A program made the translations under genes and the position numbers. DNA of 63,585 nt, filler included, from Licmophora abbreviata (Eukaryota): assembly GCA_900291995.1 (NCBI GenBank). It is 20 parts of 20 records of this genome, joined end to end, with 100 filler letters (N's around TTAATTAATTAA, not from the genome) between each part and the next. Parts side by side here need not be neighbours in the genome. Positions count along the whole stretch, not along the records: positions 34,303 to 37,812 come from OLMU01001179.1; positions 37,913 to 44,364 come from OLMU01001180.1; positions 44,465 to 47,174 come from OLMU01001181.1; 17 more parts are not named here. The stretch is one strand, 5' to 3'. This document shows, piece by piece, positions 35,840 to 47,174 of this stretch. The notes beneath the pieces were generated by a model. That model was not told the DNA's origin. It made no database searches and worked only from the letters and a program-made list of their open reading frames with translations. Each line of letters begins with the position of its first letter. Positions within the stretch are counted from its first letter, which is position 1.

Positions 35840-37686
35840 ATGACGGATCTCCCCCCAGAAGCTCGCGTGGTTTCGTACGGGTCCACAAGTGCTACCAATC
35901 CTCGTTCGAATACTAACAATGATGGACGGCAAAATAGTCGTGACGCCACGGCCGGACTCACCAGCACCTTTCGAATTGTTCCCCGAAGTCATCATCATCA
36001 GCAGCAGCATCCTAGTAGTAATCCTCAAACTTCCCTGATGGTCCCTTCCAATGTTTCGATGGATCATCATCGTGATGATGATGAGGATGATGATGACATG
36101 TCTGACTCTTCCGAAGAAGATTTCCTCTTGTACTCTCAAGACCGACTACTGCAACGAGCACAGCAGTTTACGCTAGCCCATGATCCCGAACGTGCCTACC
36201 GTGCGACCGAACTACGGCTGTCCTCCTTTTCCCGTCCTCACATGCGAGCCTTCCATGGAAGCTGGATCTGTTTCTTTCTAAGCTTCTTTGTTCAATTTGC
36301 AGTGGCACCGCTCCTTCCGGAAATTCAAAAGTCACTGCGTCTATCTCATTCCGACGTGTGGATGACGAACATCTACAGCATGGTCGGGGGTGTGCCACTG
36401 CGGTTTCTATTGGGACCCTTGTGTGACAAATATGGAGCGCGCATCATTATGACGACGCTATTGGCGCTCTGTGCGATTCCCTGCATGCTGCTGGGGTGCA
36501 TCTCCCGATTGAGTGGTTTGCTGGCTGTCCGGACGGTCATGGGAGCCACGGATACGTTCGTACCCGGGCAGTATTGGATCACATGTCATTTTGCTCGAAG
36601 TGTCGGTGGTACGGCCATGGCCATTAGTGGTGGGTGGGGTGCGGCGGGGAGTGGAGTCGTGCAGTTGGTGGTGGGCACACTGATCTTCCCCTTGGCAGCG
36701 TATCTCTTGTCGGGCGACACGGATCTCGCGTGGCGAGTGTCCTTGCTGTTCCCAGCAATACTCGCGCTCATCGCCAGCTGGTTCTTTTTCTTTTATTCCG
36801 ACGATTGTCCGCTCGGGAATTATCGAGAAGTCAAAAAGGCGGGGCTTATGATGGAGCGGAGCGCCGTTGATTCGTTTCGATCGGGAGCTTTGAATCTCAA
36901 TTCCTGGATCTTGTTCTTACAGTTGAGTAGTAGTAGGAATACGAAGTGGGGATGATGAGTGTGGCACAGTATGATCGCTCACTGTGGTGTGTTCTTTCAT
37001 GTTTGAACTTGTCAGATTCGCGGGCTCTTGTGGAGTGGACTTTACCATGTGCAACGGCACGGCCTTGTTGTATCACGAGCGCTTTCATCAACCCATTGCA
37101 TCGGCCGGTGCCATTGCCTTTTTGTATGGCATTGGCAGCATCTACGCACGTGCCTTGGGTGGCTACGTGAGTGATATACTGGGTGATCGTTGGTCACTGC
37201 GAGGACGTCTCTATTCCCAATTGCTGTGCATGATTGCGCAGGGAGTACTGACGGTTGTATTTTCCCGAGCGTCCACGCTTCCATCGAGCTTGGTCACGAT
37301 GGTCCTGTTTAGTATTCTGGTACAAATGAGTATGGGAACGTGTTATGCTATAGTCCCATATGTCGATGGACACAATACAGGCTCGGTGGCCGGCATTGTG
37401 GGAGCAGGTGGGAATGTTGGGGCAATTTTGTTGGGTAACATCTTTCGGTACAATAGCTACGAGTCAGCGGTGGAATACATGGGTTGGTTTGCCATTGCCA
37501 TGGGCTTATTGACACCCCTCATTGTCATCAAGGTACGTGTATATTGGTAAAGTTTTGTCTAATGGTGCTAACGCTTTTTTACTGATTCATCTGTCTTGCG
37601 TGCTGTACCGTTAGGGCTACAAGGGTCTTCTCTTTGGCAAGGACGAGGAGCGACTGCAGCGAGGGACTCTCCTGGTCCCCTCATGA
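35840..37686 (+). CDS. NRT2: NRT2/NNP-family MFS transporter, divergent; exons 35840-36921, 37016-37531, 37615-37686
   Basis: Motifs 'SFSRPHMRAFHGSW', 'RFLLGPLCDKYGAR', 'DDCPLGNY', 'ARALGGYVSD...LRGRL' and 'GSVAGIVGAGGNVG'. Confidence 0.85.
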
Positions 37687-37979
37687 CATGCTAGTGCGAC
37701 GTAGCTAGAGTAGTACTTCTGTACATAAATGCTAACAACATACCGGGTGCGATGGGGTCGTTCTTCTCTAGCCGTATCATACTCTTTGCTGGGACCACCT
37801 TTTCGCGGTAATNNNNNNNNNNNNNNNNNNNNNNNNNNNNNNNNNNNNNNNNNNNNTTAATTAATTAANNNNNNNNNNNNNNNNNNNNNNNNNNNNNNNN
37901 NNNNNNNNNNNNTTTAGTAGCGCGCCTCTCGAAAAACCGCAAGAGCGCACTTATTGTATCATCCTTGTTTCAATCTTAG

Positions 37980-38643
37980 AACTGCCTCGACTCGAGATAT
38001 CAAAAAGGCGTATCGAAAACTGGCCCTGGCACTGCACCCCGACCGAACCGACGGAGACCCGGGCAAAGCCGATGCCTTCAAGGCTGCCTCGGAAGCATAC
38101 GACGTACTCTCGGACCATTCCAAGCGGAGTGTCTACGATGGGACTTCGTCCACCGCGTCCAAGAAACGTCGGCCATCCAATTATCGCAAAGTCTATTCGC
38201 CACGCGCACCGCCGGGATTCAAAACCTTTGATCATCAACGACACTACGACATGCACTACGGAGATGGCATGATGCGAGAAGCCATGGAGGGGGCACAGAA
38301 ACGAGCGCAGCGAGCGAGTGGGAGATTGAATGGATATGGTGAATACCAAAGTCCGTTGGGGAATGGATTTGCGTTTCACAGCAAAGACGATCATAATCCG
38401 TATTCGAGGAGATCGACGCGGCAAGGGCCGCCGCCAACGAATGGGGGCGGCGCTAGTGCGGTACACTATGAAGAAGCACATTATTACGATTTGGATGGTG
38501 GAACGGATGCGAGGAATGCAAGACGTCTTGTGCGACATCGAGAGACAGTGAGGGAGCGGATGGATGAGAGACGAAAGAATCGAATCGAACGACAAAAAAT
38601 ACAAAACCCAAGAGAAGAGTCCGGTGGGTGTTCTGTCATGTAA
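37980..38643 (+). CDS. DnaJ (J-domain) protein, first exon missing
   Basis: '[17 protein letters not shown]...[19 protein letters not shown]'. Preceded by an acceptor-like CTTAG ending at 37979. Confidence 0.85.
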
Positions 38644-38665
38644 AACTATAACATCAGCATTATTA

Positions 38666-39670
38666 TTATAACGAAGCCAGCCATTCGTAGACTTGCGTGG
38701 ATTTCGACGCCGTTATACCGGTGCTGTGTCCTCGCACAGAGCCGGTGAAACCCTCGGGGTCGCTATCGAACCGTGTATATCGAATGAGCTCACGGTTATT
38801 GTTACTGTGGTTTTCTTGGTTCACATGTCGCAGTGCCTTGACAAGATTGTCACTGCACTCTACTGGAAAGATAACATCATCCGCACTGTGCCAAATCCAC
38901 ATGGGCAGTCCCTGGAGTCGTTGCAAGGCTAGATCAGGCAGTGTCCCCGTGAATCCATAGGCCGCCAAAACTCCCGCTTGAAACTTGCGCGTCGTCATGA
39001 GTTCCAGCCCCACAGTCGCTCCATCACTGAATCCAAAGAGGTAGACTCGAGAAACATCAAAGACTGGACAACCCGCAGCCCGACCAGCATCGCTCTTGGC
39101 CCACTCCAAGAAGTGCAGGAGCTTGCTTCTAGCTTCGTTGCTATAGAACGTTGGTTTCAAATACGAGTACGGAGCAAGGATGCAAAAGTTATCCAAAAGT
39201 GACTTTGGGGCTTCATGGTTCGAGACTAAGCTGGGTAAGAGACCGGCATATTCGCCCGAAGACGTTATGTCGACTAGGTTTCGAATGTCCCGTTGATTCG
39301 TCCCGGCACCGTGGAGAAACAAAATCAGGGGCGGCGGGGGAGTGGAGGAGGATCGTGCGGATGGGGGAGCGTACGCCAGAGAAGAGTAAGTCGCGGGGTC
39401 TGTGACGACGTGAAAGGGGGCGACTGCGTTGGCGGGAAGGTCTTGCGTCTCATGATCCGCCGATACCATGACAGCAGCAGTTGCCTTGACATGATCCGGC
39501 GTCAAGACAACGAGCGATGATGAGATCGATGTTGCAATTGTGAGACCTGCAGTTCGTCGTGAAATTTTTCTTCCACCGCCCCATGATATGTCATAGCCAT
39601 GTACGACGACAAGCACTCCAGCAAGAATCAGTCCTAAGCTGTGAATCATCAGTAGAAGTAAGGACACCAT
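38666..39670 (-). CDS. Alpha/beta-hydrolase (phospholipase/carboxylesterase-like), with signal peptide
   Basis: Motifs 'LILFLHGAG', nucleophile 'LFGFSDGA', 'MWIWHSADDVIFP' and 'GHS'. Hydrophobic N-terminus followed by an 'ISRRT' Tat-like motif. Confidence 0.8.
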   Translation of the reverse strand: MVSLLLLMIHSLGLILAGVLVVVHGYDISWGGGRKISRRTAGLTIATSISSSLVVLTPDHVKATAAVMVSADHETQDLPANAVAPFHVVTDPATYSSLAYAPPSARSSSTPPPPLILFLHGAGTNQRDIRNLVDITSSGEYAGLLPSLVSNHEAPKSLLDNFCILAPYSYLKPTFYSNEARSKLLHFLEWAKSDAGRAAGCPVFDVSRVYLFGFSDGATVGLELMTTRKFQAGVLAAYGFTGTLPDLALQRLQGLPMWIWHSADDVIFPVECSDNLVKALRHVNQENHSNNNRELIRYTRFDSDPEGFTGSVRGHSTGITASKSTQVYEWLASL

Positions 39671-40247
39671 GGGGCGGTCGTCGGTGTCGCATTTCAAATT
39701 TGGAACGGACCAAAACTTTGGGAAAAGGTTTGACATAAGAATCGAATCGTTCGACTAACATGTAGTCGAACGAATCGTTTGAGACACGTAAGTGAGTGAG
39801 AAACGAGACTCGACTCTACGACTCGACTCGACTCACCCCCTCGGCACGATGACATTGGTCTTGCGCCGAAACAGCTTTCGTGCAACAGTCCATTTCTGTC
39901 ATCTGAAAGTGCCTGCGGACTGCTGCCATGGCTACTCGATCATCCACGACGATGATGAAAGAGCAAGTCGCGGTCGAAGTCATTGACTTGCGCGACGAGC
40001 GACGACGATTCCATCGCAAGCAAGAATGACGACGTGACGAATGTTTTGTGTGTGCGCCAAAAAGACGCACGCGGCTCGCTTCTTTGCCTATGGCGTATGC
40101 TACTTTGGTACATTTTTTCGCTACGTTCCGAACAACACGCGGAGGATGAAGAGGAGCTTCTTTGGGAGGTTCGTTACGACGACAAGGATCATCATGTCAT
40201 GATTGCGAAACGTCTCCGCCCGCCTTGACCTTGGAGCGATGACATGA

Positions 40248-40655
40248 AATGCTTGCGGGGATTGACAAGCCTGCCGATCGCGCACTCCAGAAGCTCCTGC
40301 TGGATCAAGACTTACAGTTTAAGCTCCTCCCCATCAATTCTTGGCCATCCGCAAGGTGGCTGGTGTACTGGATGACTTTCCTCTCCACAAGGGCTTGATG
40401 GTGATGAGTCCATACCCGGAAACAGCCACCGTGGTGCAGGCGATCCAGGGACTTGACGAGGACGAGAACAAGTGCACCACCAAGAGGGTCCTAGTTGTAG
40501 ACGACATGGGGCTCGGCAAGACCGTGGAGGCGATTGAAGGTGCGATTCTACGGCCCAGTGGCGGGACACTCTTATCAACAATGGAGTATCGAGTGAAGTC
40601 AAACGCGTCGTTCTCATCCTTCGTGAAGAGGCGTGCATGTATCCTGACACGGTAA
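40248..40655 (+). pseudogene. Degenerate SNF2-family helicase fragment (Q motif and Walker A)
   Basis: 'FKLL/PHQFLAIRKVAG...VLVVDDMGLGKTVEAI' with a frameshift at 40329-40332. No downstream DExx motif was found. Confidence 0.65.
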
Positions 40656-41160
40656 GTCTGTCCTGTTTCCCCATGCGACCATTGACAACTTGGACAAGCT
40701 GAAGCTACAATACCGGGACGAGAACACGAAGACGTCAATCGACTTAGATCATTGTGAAAGAGGGGGTGGGTGCTCAGTTGGATTGTAAGCCGGTTGTCGT
40801 ACCCAGGTAGGGTTTGGTGGTTCGGCCGTCAGACACAGTCTGCCTTTACCAACGCATCATTGCCTTGATTTTTGAACTCGACGTAACACTTTTCAGTGCC
40901 ACGTGGAAGCATCAAAATCACACCAAGATATTATCGTATAAGAACCCGGATGGAAAAGGAGGTTGGAACAAAACTTTGACAAGAGACACGGACAGACTGC
41001 GTTTTTCCCTGAAGACACCCGGAAGTTGAAGTGGAACGCGACAGATTTTGCCCTCGCTTTCATCTCCCAGACCACAAACCACACCCACATCAAAGAAGGC
41101 ACCACTTGGTCTGTTCTGCATTGCTTGTTTGGCCCTTTTCTGTCCTAAAATACCTCTCCC

Positions 41161-43538
41161 ATGAGCCAGTATTCGCCCTCTCGTAGTATCAGACGGTGTA
41201 GCGTTGGTTGTTTGCTCTTATCGTCTGCACAAGCGTTCTATGTCACTCCTTGGCACAGATTGCCGCAAAGAACGTTGGGGCCGGCCGCGGTACAGCCTCC
41301 CCACGACGTATATTCCGGCGTTCGACAACGCCCGGCATCATCCAGAACTCGACACCAGGTATATGTTTCATCACAAGTATATCCGGAAGCGTCACAGGTA
41401 CAAAGGGAGATTGTGCGACTAGGGAAACGAGGCCAGACGGACGACGCCCTTCGACTTTATCACAGCATTCAGAGTCCTAACCTTCGTCAAATGAACGGGG
41501 CAATTGACGCATGTGCACGTGCCCGACCGACGCGACTAAAGGAGGCGTTTAAACTTTTTGAAAGTGGCATTCAAACTAAGAAATTGACACCGAACGTCTT
41601 CACTTTCGGAGCCTTGATGAGTGCCTGTTCTCGTGCGCGACGGGCCGATCGCGCCATGGAGCTCTTGAAGTCCATGCAGGTATGTCTGGTGTTTTTTGTG
41701 TACCAGTGGAACGACTGGATTATTTAAATGGAGCACTGCTGCGATACTCTCGCTCAATTCGCTCACTGCATCGGTGTTCTCGTCATTCGTGAAAAGGAAC
41801 AATATCAGGTCGAACCGAATGCTGTCGTGTACTCGTCGGCCATTTCGGCCATATCACGCGCCCGACGGCCCGACGCTAAGCTGGCCTTGGAGCTCCTTGA
41901 AAAGGCACGTCTCTCCAAAAACGTATCAATGAATGTCGTGGGGTACAATGCGGCCTTGTCGGCCTGTGCGAATGCCGGGCAGTGGGAATCTGCCATTCAG
42001 CTGCTCGATGACATGCTGCGATCCAGCGATCCCCGCGTTCCATCTCCGGATGCCGTCACGTATGGGACGGTCCTTTCGGCATGTGAAAAGGGAGAACAAT
42101 GGGAACTTGTTTTGAAATATGCGACTCGCATGCAAGAACAGAATCTGGCTCTCGACGGCATGTCGGCCACGTCCGCGCTCCATGCGTGTCAGCAGTTGGG
42201 TCTTGCACAGGAAGCGATCGATTACTTGGAGTTAATGAAGAAGACATCTGGGATGCCTTCGACCGAACGCATGACGACAGGGTGGCAGCGTCAAGGCGTA
42301 CGTCAACCCTTGAAAGGCCCGGACGCGGTTGCCTATCGTTTGGCCATTTCGGCATGTGCGCATGGAGGTGAATGGGCGACGGGCATTTACTTGTTGGATG
42401 AGCTGCGAGAATTGACGAATCAACCTCCTGACGTTGTGGCGTACACTGCGGCCATTAGTGGATGCGAGTATGCAGGAGAATGGAAACGAGCCTTTGAATT
42501 GCTGGATGCCATGCGGCAGGACGGAATCGAACCGAACGAGTTCACCATGGCTGCCGTCGTGGGAGCGTGTGCGACGGCTTGCGCGAATGCGGCGCGGCGG
42601 CAGCCGTTGGTAGAGGAAGAAATGAAGTTCCCCAAGCGCAAAGCCTTGCAGATTCTCAAGGTCATGAAGCGAGATTCGAGTGTCTGTGACCCGAACATCG
42701 TCGTGTATAATGCGGCTATTCGAGCATGTGCGGAAGCATTGGATTTGGAAGGAGCTATGTCGCTCCTGGAAGATTTGGAAATACAAGGCTTGGAACCGAC
42801 GGTGGTGACATTTGGCTCCCTCATGACGGCCTGCGAACGGGTCGGAGACATGGAGTGCGCGAGCAAGTCTTCAAACGCATGAGGCAGGTGGACCTTGTCC
42901 CGAACGAAATAATCTACGGTGCCGCCATTAGCTGTTGTCGGAAAGCCCGAGACGGTGAACGAGCCTTGTTGTTACTGCGCAAGATGCTACGCGAGGAGCT
43001 GTCACCGAACGTGGCCACATTCAATACCGTCATTGTCGCCTTGACAACTACAGGTTCTGGCGATGGCCGCAAGACAGATTTGGAAAAGGCCATGTTGGTC
43101 TACAAGCTCATGAAGAGCAAATACGCTCCTTCCAAGAGTCGTCCGAATCGGCAAACCTACAACCTTTTGATTCGCGCGTTGGCCGCCAACCAGCTGCCTC
43201 AGTATGCCGAAGCCTTTCTTACGAGAATGCGGAGCGATGGCTTCGTACCGGACGTGGACTTGTACACTGCGACAGTCACATCGTGGGAGCGAACCTCCCA
43301 ACCCTTGAAGGCCTTGCGTCTCATGGAGTCCATGCAAGAAGACGGCTATGACTTTTACGAAATCAAAGTGTTGGACGAAGCCTTCAAGAAGGCCGTAAAG
43401 TTGGTGAATGTGGTGGCGGGACGGGCAACGAGAAGTGTCGCCGACTTTGCAACGGACGATGACGATGACTTTCACATGAATAACATTGAAATCGATGGTG
43501 ATGGCGAAGCCTTCATGCAGGGCAAGAAGATATTATAG
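41161..43538 (+). CDS. Pentatricopeptide-repeat (PPR) protein, plastid-targeting presequence; intron 41680-41796; apparent 1-nt frameshift near 42867
   Basis: More than ten PPR units (e.g. PNVFTFGALMSACSR, PDVVAYTAAISGCE, PNIVVYNAAIRACA, PNEIIYGAAISCC). Presequence 'SSAQA-FYV'. Confidence 0.88.
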
Positions 43539-43803
43539 ACAGAGTGGCAGCGCACGTCATCACCTGTCATATCTCAAATCAGGCTAGCATATACCGGTAT
43601 AATGAGGCTAGAAGCAAATGGAGCATCCGGCATGGATGTTTCTTCTTTACAAAGAATTTTTTTTTCTCTTTTTGATTTAGTTTCACAGGCCGAACAATCT
43701 TTATTCGGGTCGTTTCCAAGCTGCCTCGTGCTCATACTACAGACCACACTGGCTCAATTCCAATTTCGAATCCCCCCTTTTTGGAAAACCACAGACTCTT
43801 TCC

Positions 43804-44364
43804 TTATTCTCTCTGCGCCCCCCGAATACGTCTCGCCAACTGCATATCCTTGGGCATGATAGTAACTCGTTTCCCGTGAACAGCACAGAGATTGGCATCT
43901 TCAAAGAGTCCGACCAAATGCGCTTCGGCCGCTTCTTGGAGCGCCAAAATGGCACTGCCCTGCCATCGAAAGGGCACGCGCGACATGTTCATTTGAATCT
44001 CTCGGACCAAGCGCGCAAAGGGCAATCGACGGAGCAGCAAGTCTGTAGAGCCCTGGTAGGCACGGATCTCCTTCAAGGCGCGTTCTCCTGGACAACAACA
44101 AGAGAAACAGGGAGGAGACCATGGTGACTGTGAGCCGTGTGACAATTTCGATACTGCAATACGACAATAACACAGAATTCGCGTATTCCATTGACATTCC
44201 AATACGATATTTCATATAGACAGCCTCACTCACCGGGCCGCATTCTTCGTTTTCGTCGTTTGGCGGGCAATGCCGGTCGTCGTGTCGCTGCATCTGCCAA
44301 TGTAGCGCCTGACAGTCGTCGTCCCGTCCCCAAAGTGCCGCCACCACGTCGGGAGCGCGGCTGG
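43804..44364 (-). CDS. CENH3: Centromeric histone H3 variant (CenH3/CENP-A), 5'-truncated; intron 44088-44233
   Basis: Histone fold '[45 protein letters not shown]...[28 protein letters not shown]' with CenH3-type substitutions and a divergent Arg-rich tail. Confidence 0.85.
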
Positions 44365-44727
44365 NNNNNNNNNNNNNNNNNNNNNNNNNNNNNNNNNNNN
44401 NNNNNNNNTTAATTAATTAANNNNNNNNNNNNNNNNNNNNNNNNNNNNNNNNNNNNNNNNNNNNTCTATTCTCACAAACCACCCCTTTCGCTGCTCGCTG
44501 TATGATACTCGTTCAGTAATAGTATATCGGACGAATCCTGCTTCGTATCGAGCTTCCAGAGTACGTACAGCAACTCCAAGCGTGGAGTTAGTCCAGTTTC
44601 AAAAACAAGGCAATTCACGGTGTCTACAGTGTCGAGGTTTCTGCCTCTTTTTCGACGACTCTCCACGACGAGCACAACAATAGGCTGGACTACTACCAGA
44701 GCGAGTCCTCTAGCCAGCTGCAACACT

Positions 44728-45828
44728 ATGGGATCTTCTCCGAGCACGGATGAGGGAGGTGATCTTCTCGATGGTGCTGGTCTTGGAACAGATGCGGCTG
44801 TGACTTCTGCAGAACCTCCTGACAAGACTCTCATTTCAGCAAAGAAGGAAGACTTTAAGAGAGATGATGATGATGATGATGACACCCACAAGGAGAAAAC
44901 AACGACGAAGAAGAATCTGTCAATCGATCAGCTTGTAGACAAGGTCTCTGAACTGCACATCATTGACCAGGACACCCCCGAGTCTCTCCAAGTATTGGCC
45001 AAGTGGATTCAAGAGTCCAACCGCATTTTAGTTCTCACCGGTGCTGGAGTCTCCGTCGCAGCCGGTATTCCCGACTTTCGTACACCCGGTACAGGACTCT
45101 ACGACAACCTTCAAAAGTACAATCTCCCCTACCCCGAAGCCGTCTTTGATTTGGACTTTTATCAGCGCAACCCCGAGCCCTTTTGCAGACTGGCACGAGA
45201 AATTTGGCCCGGCCTTCGATTTGGACCGACGCTGACGCATAGCTTTCTCACGCTGCTGTCGCGGCAAGACAAATTGTTGCGACTCTACAGTCAGAACATT
45301 GATGCGCTGGAGTATATGGCGGGAATACCAGACGAGCAACTCGTGGAATGTCATGGACACTTTCGGACGGCCTCGTGTATCGTCTGTGAGAAGGAGGCTG
45401 ATGGAGAGAAAGTCAAACAGGTCATTTTGGAAACGGAGAATGCACCCATGTGTCAGTCGTGTGGGGGCTACGTCAAGCCGGATATTGTCTTCTTTGGAGA
45501 AGGACTTCCTGATCGTTTTCATTCTTCGTTACAACGGGACTTGCACCGAGCAGACTTGTTGTTAATCATGGGAACCAGCTTAATGGTGGCACCTGTTTCT
45601 ATGATTCCCGACATGGTCCCTCGCAAGTGCAAGCGGGCTCTTTTGAATCGGGAACGGGTGGGTAATCTCAATACGAATCACAAGGAACGAGATATTATTC
45701 ATGAGGGAGATTGCGACGATAGCGTGCGGATTCTGTCTAGATTGGTCGGTTGGGAAGACAAACTGGTAGAGCTCAACGCATCTACTCAAATATTAGCTGA
45801 AACAGGAAAAGAAAAAGAAGACAGGTGA
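44728..45828 (+). CDS. Class I sirtuin (SIRT2/Hst2-like NAD-dependent deacylase)
   Basis: Motifs GAGVSVAAGIPDFRTP, YSQNIDALE, ECHGHF, CxxC...CxxC, KPDIVFFGE and GTSL. First in-frame ATG is at 44728. Confidence 0.93.
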   Translation: MGSSPSTDEGGDLLDGAGLGTDAAVTSAEPPDKTLISAKKEDFKRDDDDDDDTHKEKTTTKKNLSIDQLVDKVSELHIIDQDTPESLQVLAKWIQESNRILVLTGAGVSVAAGIPDFRTPGTGLYDNLQKYNLPYPEAVFDLDFYQRNPEPFCRLAREIWPGLRFGPTLTHSFLTLLSRQDKLLRLYSQNIDALEYMAGIPDEQLVECHGHFRTASCIVCEKEADGEKVKQVILETENAPMCQSCGGYVKPDIVFFGEGLPDRFHSSLQRDLHRADLLLIMGTSLMVAPVSMIPDMVPRKCKRALLNRERVGNLNTNHKERDIIHEGDCDDSVRILSRLVGWEDKLVELNASTQILAETGKEKEDR

Positions 45829-45896
45829 CAAGCAATTGGCTATCTCTACTAGAGAACGTACAGGCGTTTAAAAATAACATTCAATCACTTGTCAGC

Positions 45897-47174
45897 TTAT
45901 TCATTCGACTCTGGCCCCGTCGACTCCGTCGCCAGCTCAAACACTTGCACGGCTTCTGCAACACCCTTCACCTGATGATCGCCACGAGACATCCACGCGT
46001 CCGGGGCGTCGTCAAGCTTTACGAAATCTCCAGTCGCCAAGACCTTGGCAGCAAGCTTGGAGCACAAACTCTCGGTCCTCGAGGCTAGATTGACGTGCGG
46101 GCCCAACACGGTGAAGTCCAGTCGATCGGGTGCTCCGACGTTTCCATACGAAACGTCGCCGTAGTGCAAGCCAACGCCAATGTCTGCCCCGTGTAGTCCC
46201 TTGGCGTTCCGCTCCTCTTTGAGAATCCCCAAGGCTTTGTGCACCTCCATTGCTGCATGACGAGCCTGATGACAGGTTTCGGCCCCTTGTTCTTCGTCGA
46301 GAGCGAGTCGGTCCAGGGATGAAAAGGAGCTTCTCTGGAATGCTTTCGTGCCAGTTGTGAAAATGGCCATGCAACCATCGCCCATGAACTTCAATACTTG
46401 TCCATTGTGCTCTTTGATGACCTTCTGCGTAACTTCAAATACCCCATTGATAATATCAATGAGCTCACTGCGATGAAGCTCTCCCGACATTTTGGTGAAG
46501 CCTCGCACATCCGAGAACCAGATTACAGAACGGATCGTCAACCCTTCGCCGCGTTCAATCTCCCCACTGTGCACCCGCGATCCGGCGTCCTCTCCGAGGT
46601 ACGCTTGCAGCAGGTACCTGGAAGAAAAGCGCAACACGTAGATACGGAGCACGACCGACAAAGCGCCTACAGTCTTGTCCAAGACTTGTAGCTGCTCTTC
46701 GGTAAAGCCTCCATCCCGTTTTGTTGTCCACGTATAGCCACCCTCCAGACGGTTTCCATTGTCAACCAGGGACAAATTTCTTCGCGAATGGCCCTTACCG
46801 GGGACGGGCAAACCATAGATTTCCGTGTAGCCATCGGTACGCATCCAGTCAATATCTGCTGGCAAGTCTTCGTCCGTAGCTTTGTATCGAACCGTCTTGT
46901 TTCCGATCATCAGCTGGTACATGGGCGCGTTATTCTTCGCCATTTCGGCCTGGACCGCCAAGTCTGTCTGAAACTTTCGGTACTCCTCCCTAGTCCAACT
47001 GAGCTCATAGATCTTTTCCCCAAGCTTCCACACGTAGGCTCTCGTGGCTACGAGCGGATGGAGAATGCTTTGGGCAATGAAGCACCGATGCACATCAAGT
47101 CCGAGTTCCCGAGTTTTCATACAATACGCGTCAATAAAAGCGAGCTCATTAGGAAAATCCACCCCTTCCACATG
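45897..47174 (-). CDS. Class III adenylyl cyclase with an N-terminal GAF-like region, bacterial-type, 5'-truncated
   Basis: Motifs 'IWFSDVRGFT', 'VLKFMGDG' and 'GVGLHYGDVSYGNVGAPDRLDFTVLGPHVNLASRTE'. No introns in the visible part. Confidence 0.9.
   Translation of the reverse strand, partial: HVEGVDFPNELAFIDAYCMKTRELGLDVHRCFIAQSILHPLVATRAYVWKLGEKIYELSWTREEYRKFQTDLAVQAEMAKNNAPMYQLMIGNKTVRYKATDEDLPADIDWMRTDGYTEIYGLPVPGKGHSRRNLSLVDNGNRLEGGYTWTTKRDGGFTEEQLQVLDKTVGALSVVLRIYVLRFSSRYLLQAYLGEDAGSRVHSGEIERGEGLTIRSVIWFSDVRGFTKMSGELHRSELIDIINGVFEVTQKVIKEHNGQVLKFMGDGCMAIFTTGTKAFQRSSFSSLDRLALDEEQGAETCHQARHAAMEVHKALGILKEERNAKGLHGADIGVGLHYGDVSYGNVGAPDRLDFTVLGPHVNLASRTESLCSKLAAKVLATGDFVKLDDAPDAWMSRGDHQVKGVAEAVQVFELATESTGPESNE

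Noticed and set aside
35336..36139. 267-aa minus-strand ORF spanning the ECH/NRT2 promoter
   Set aside because: It is antisense to the low-complexity NRT2 N-terminus and out of frame with ECH; its Ile/Met runs mirror the GAT/CAT repeats.
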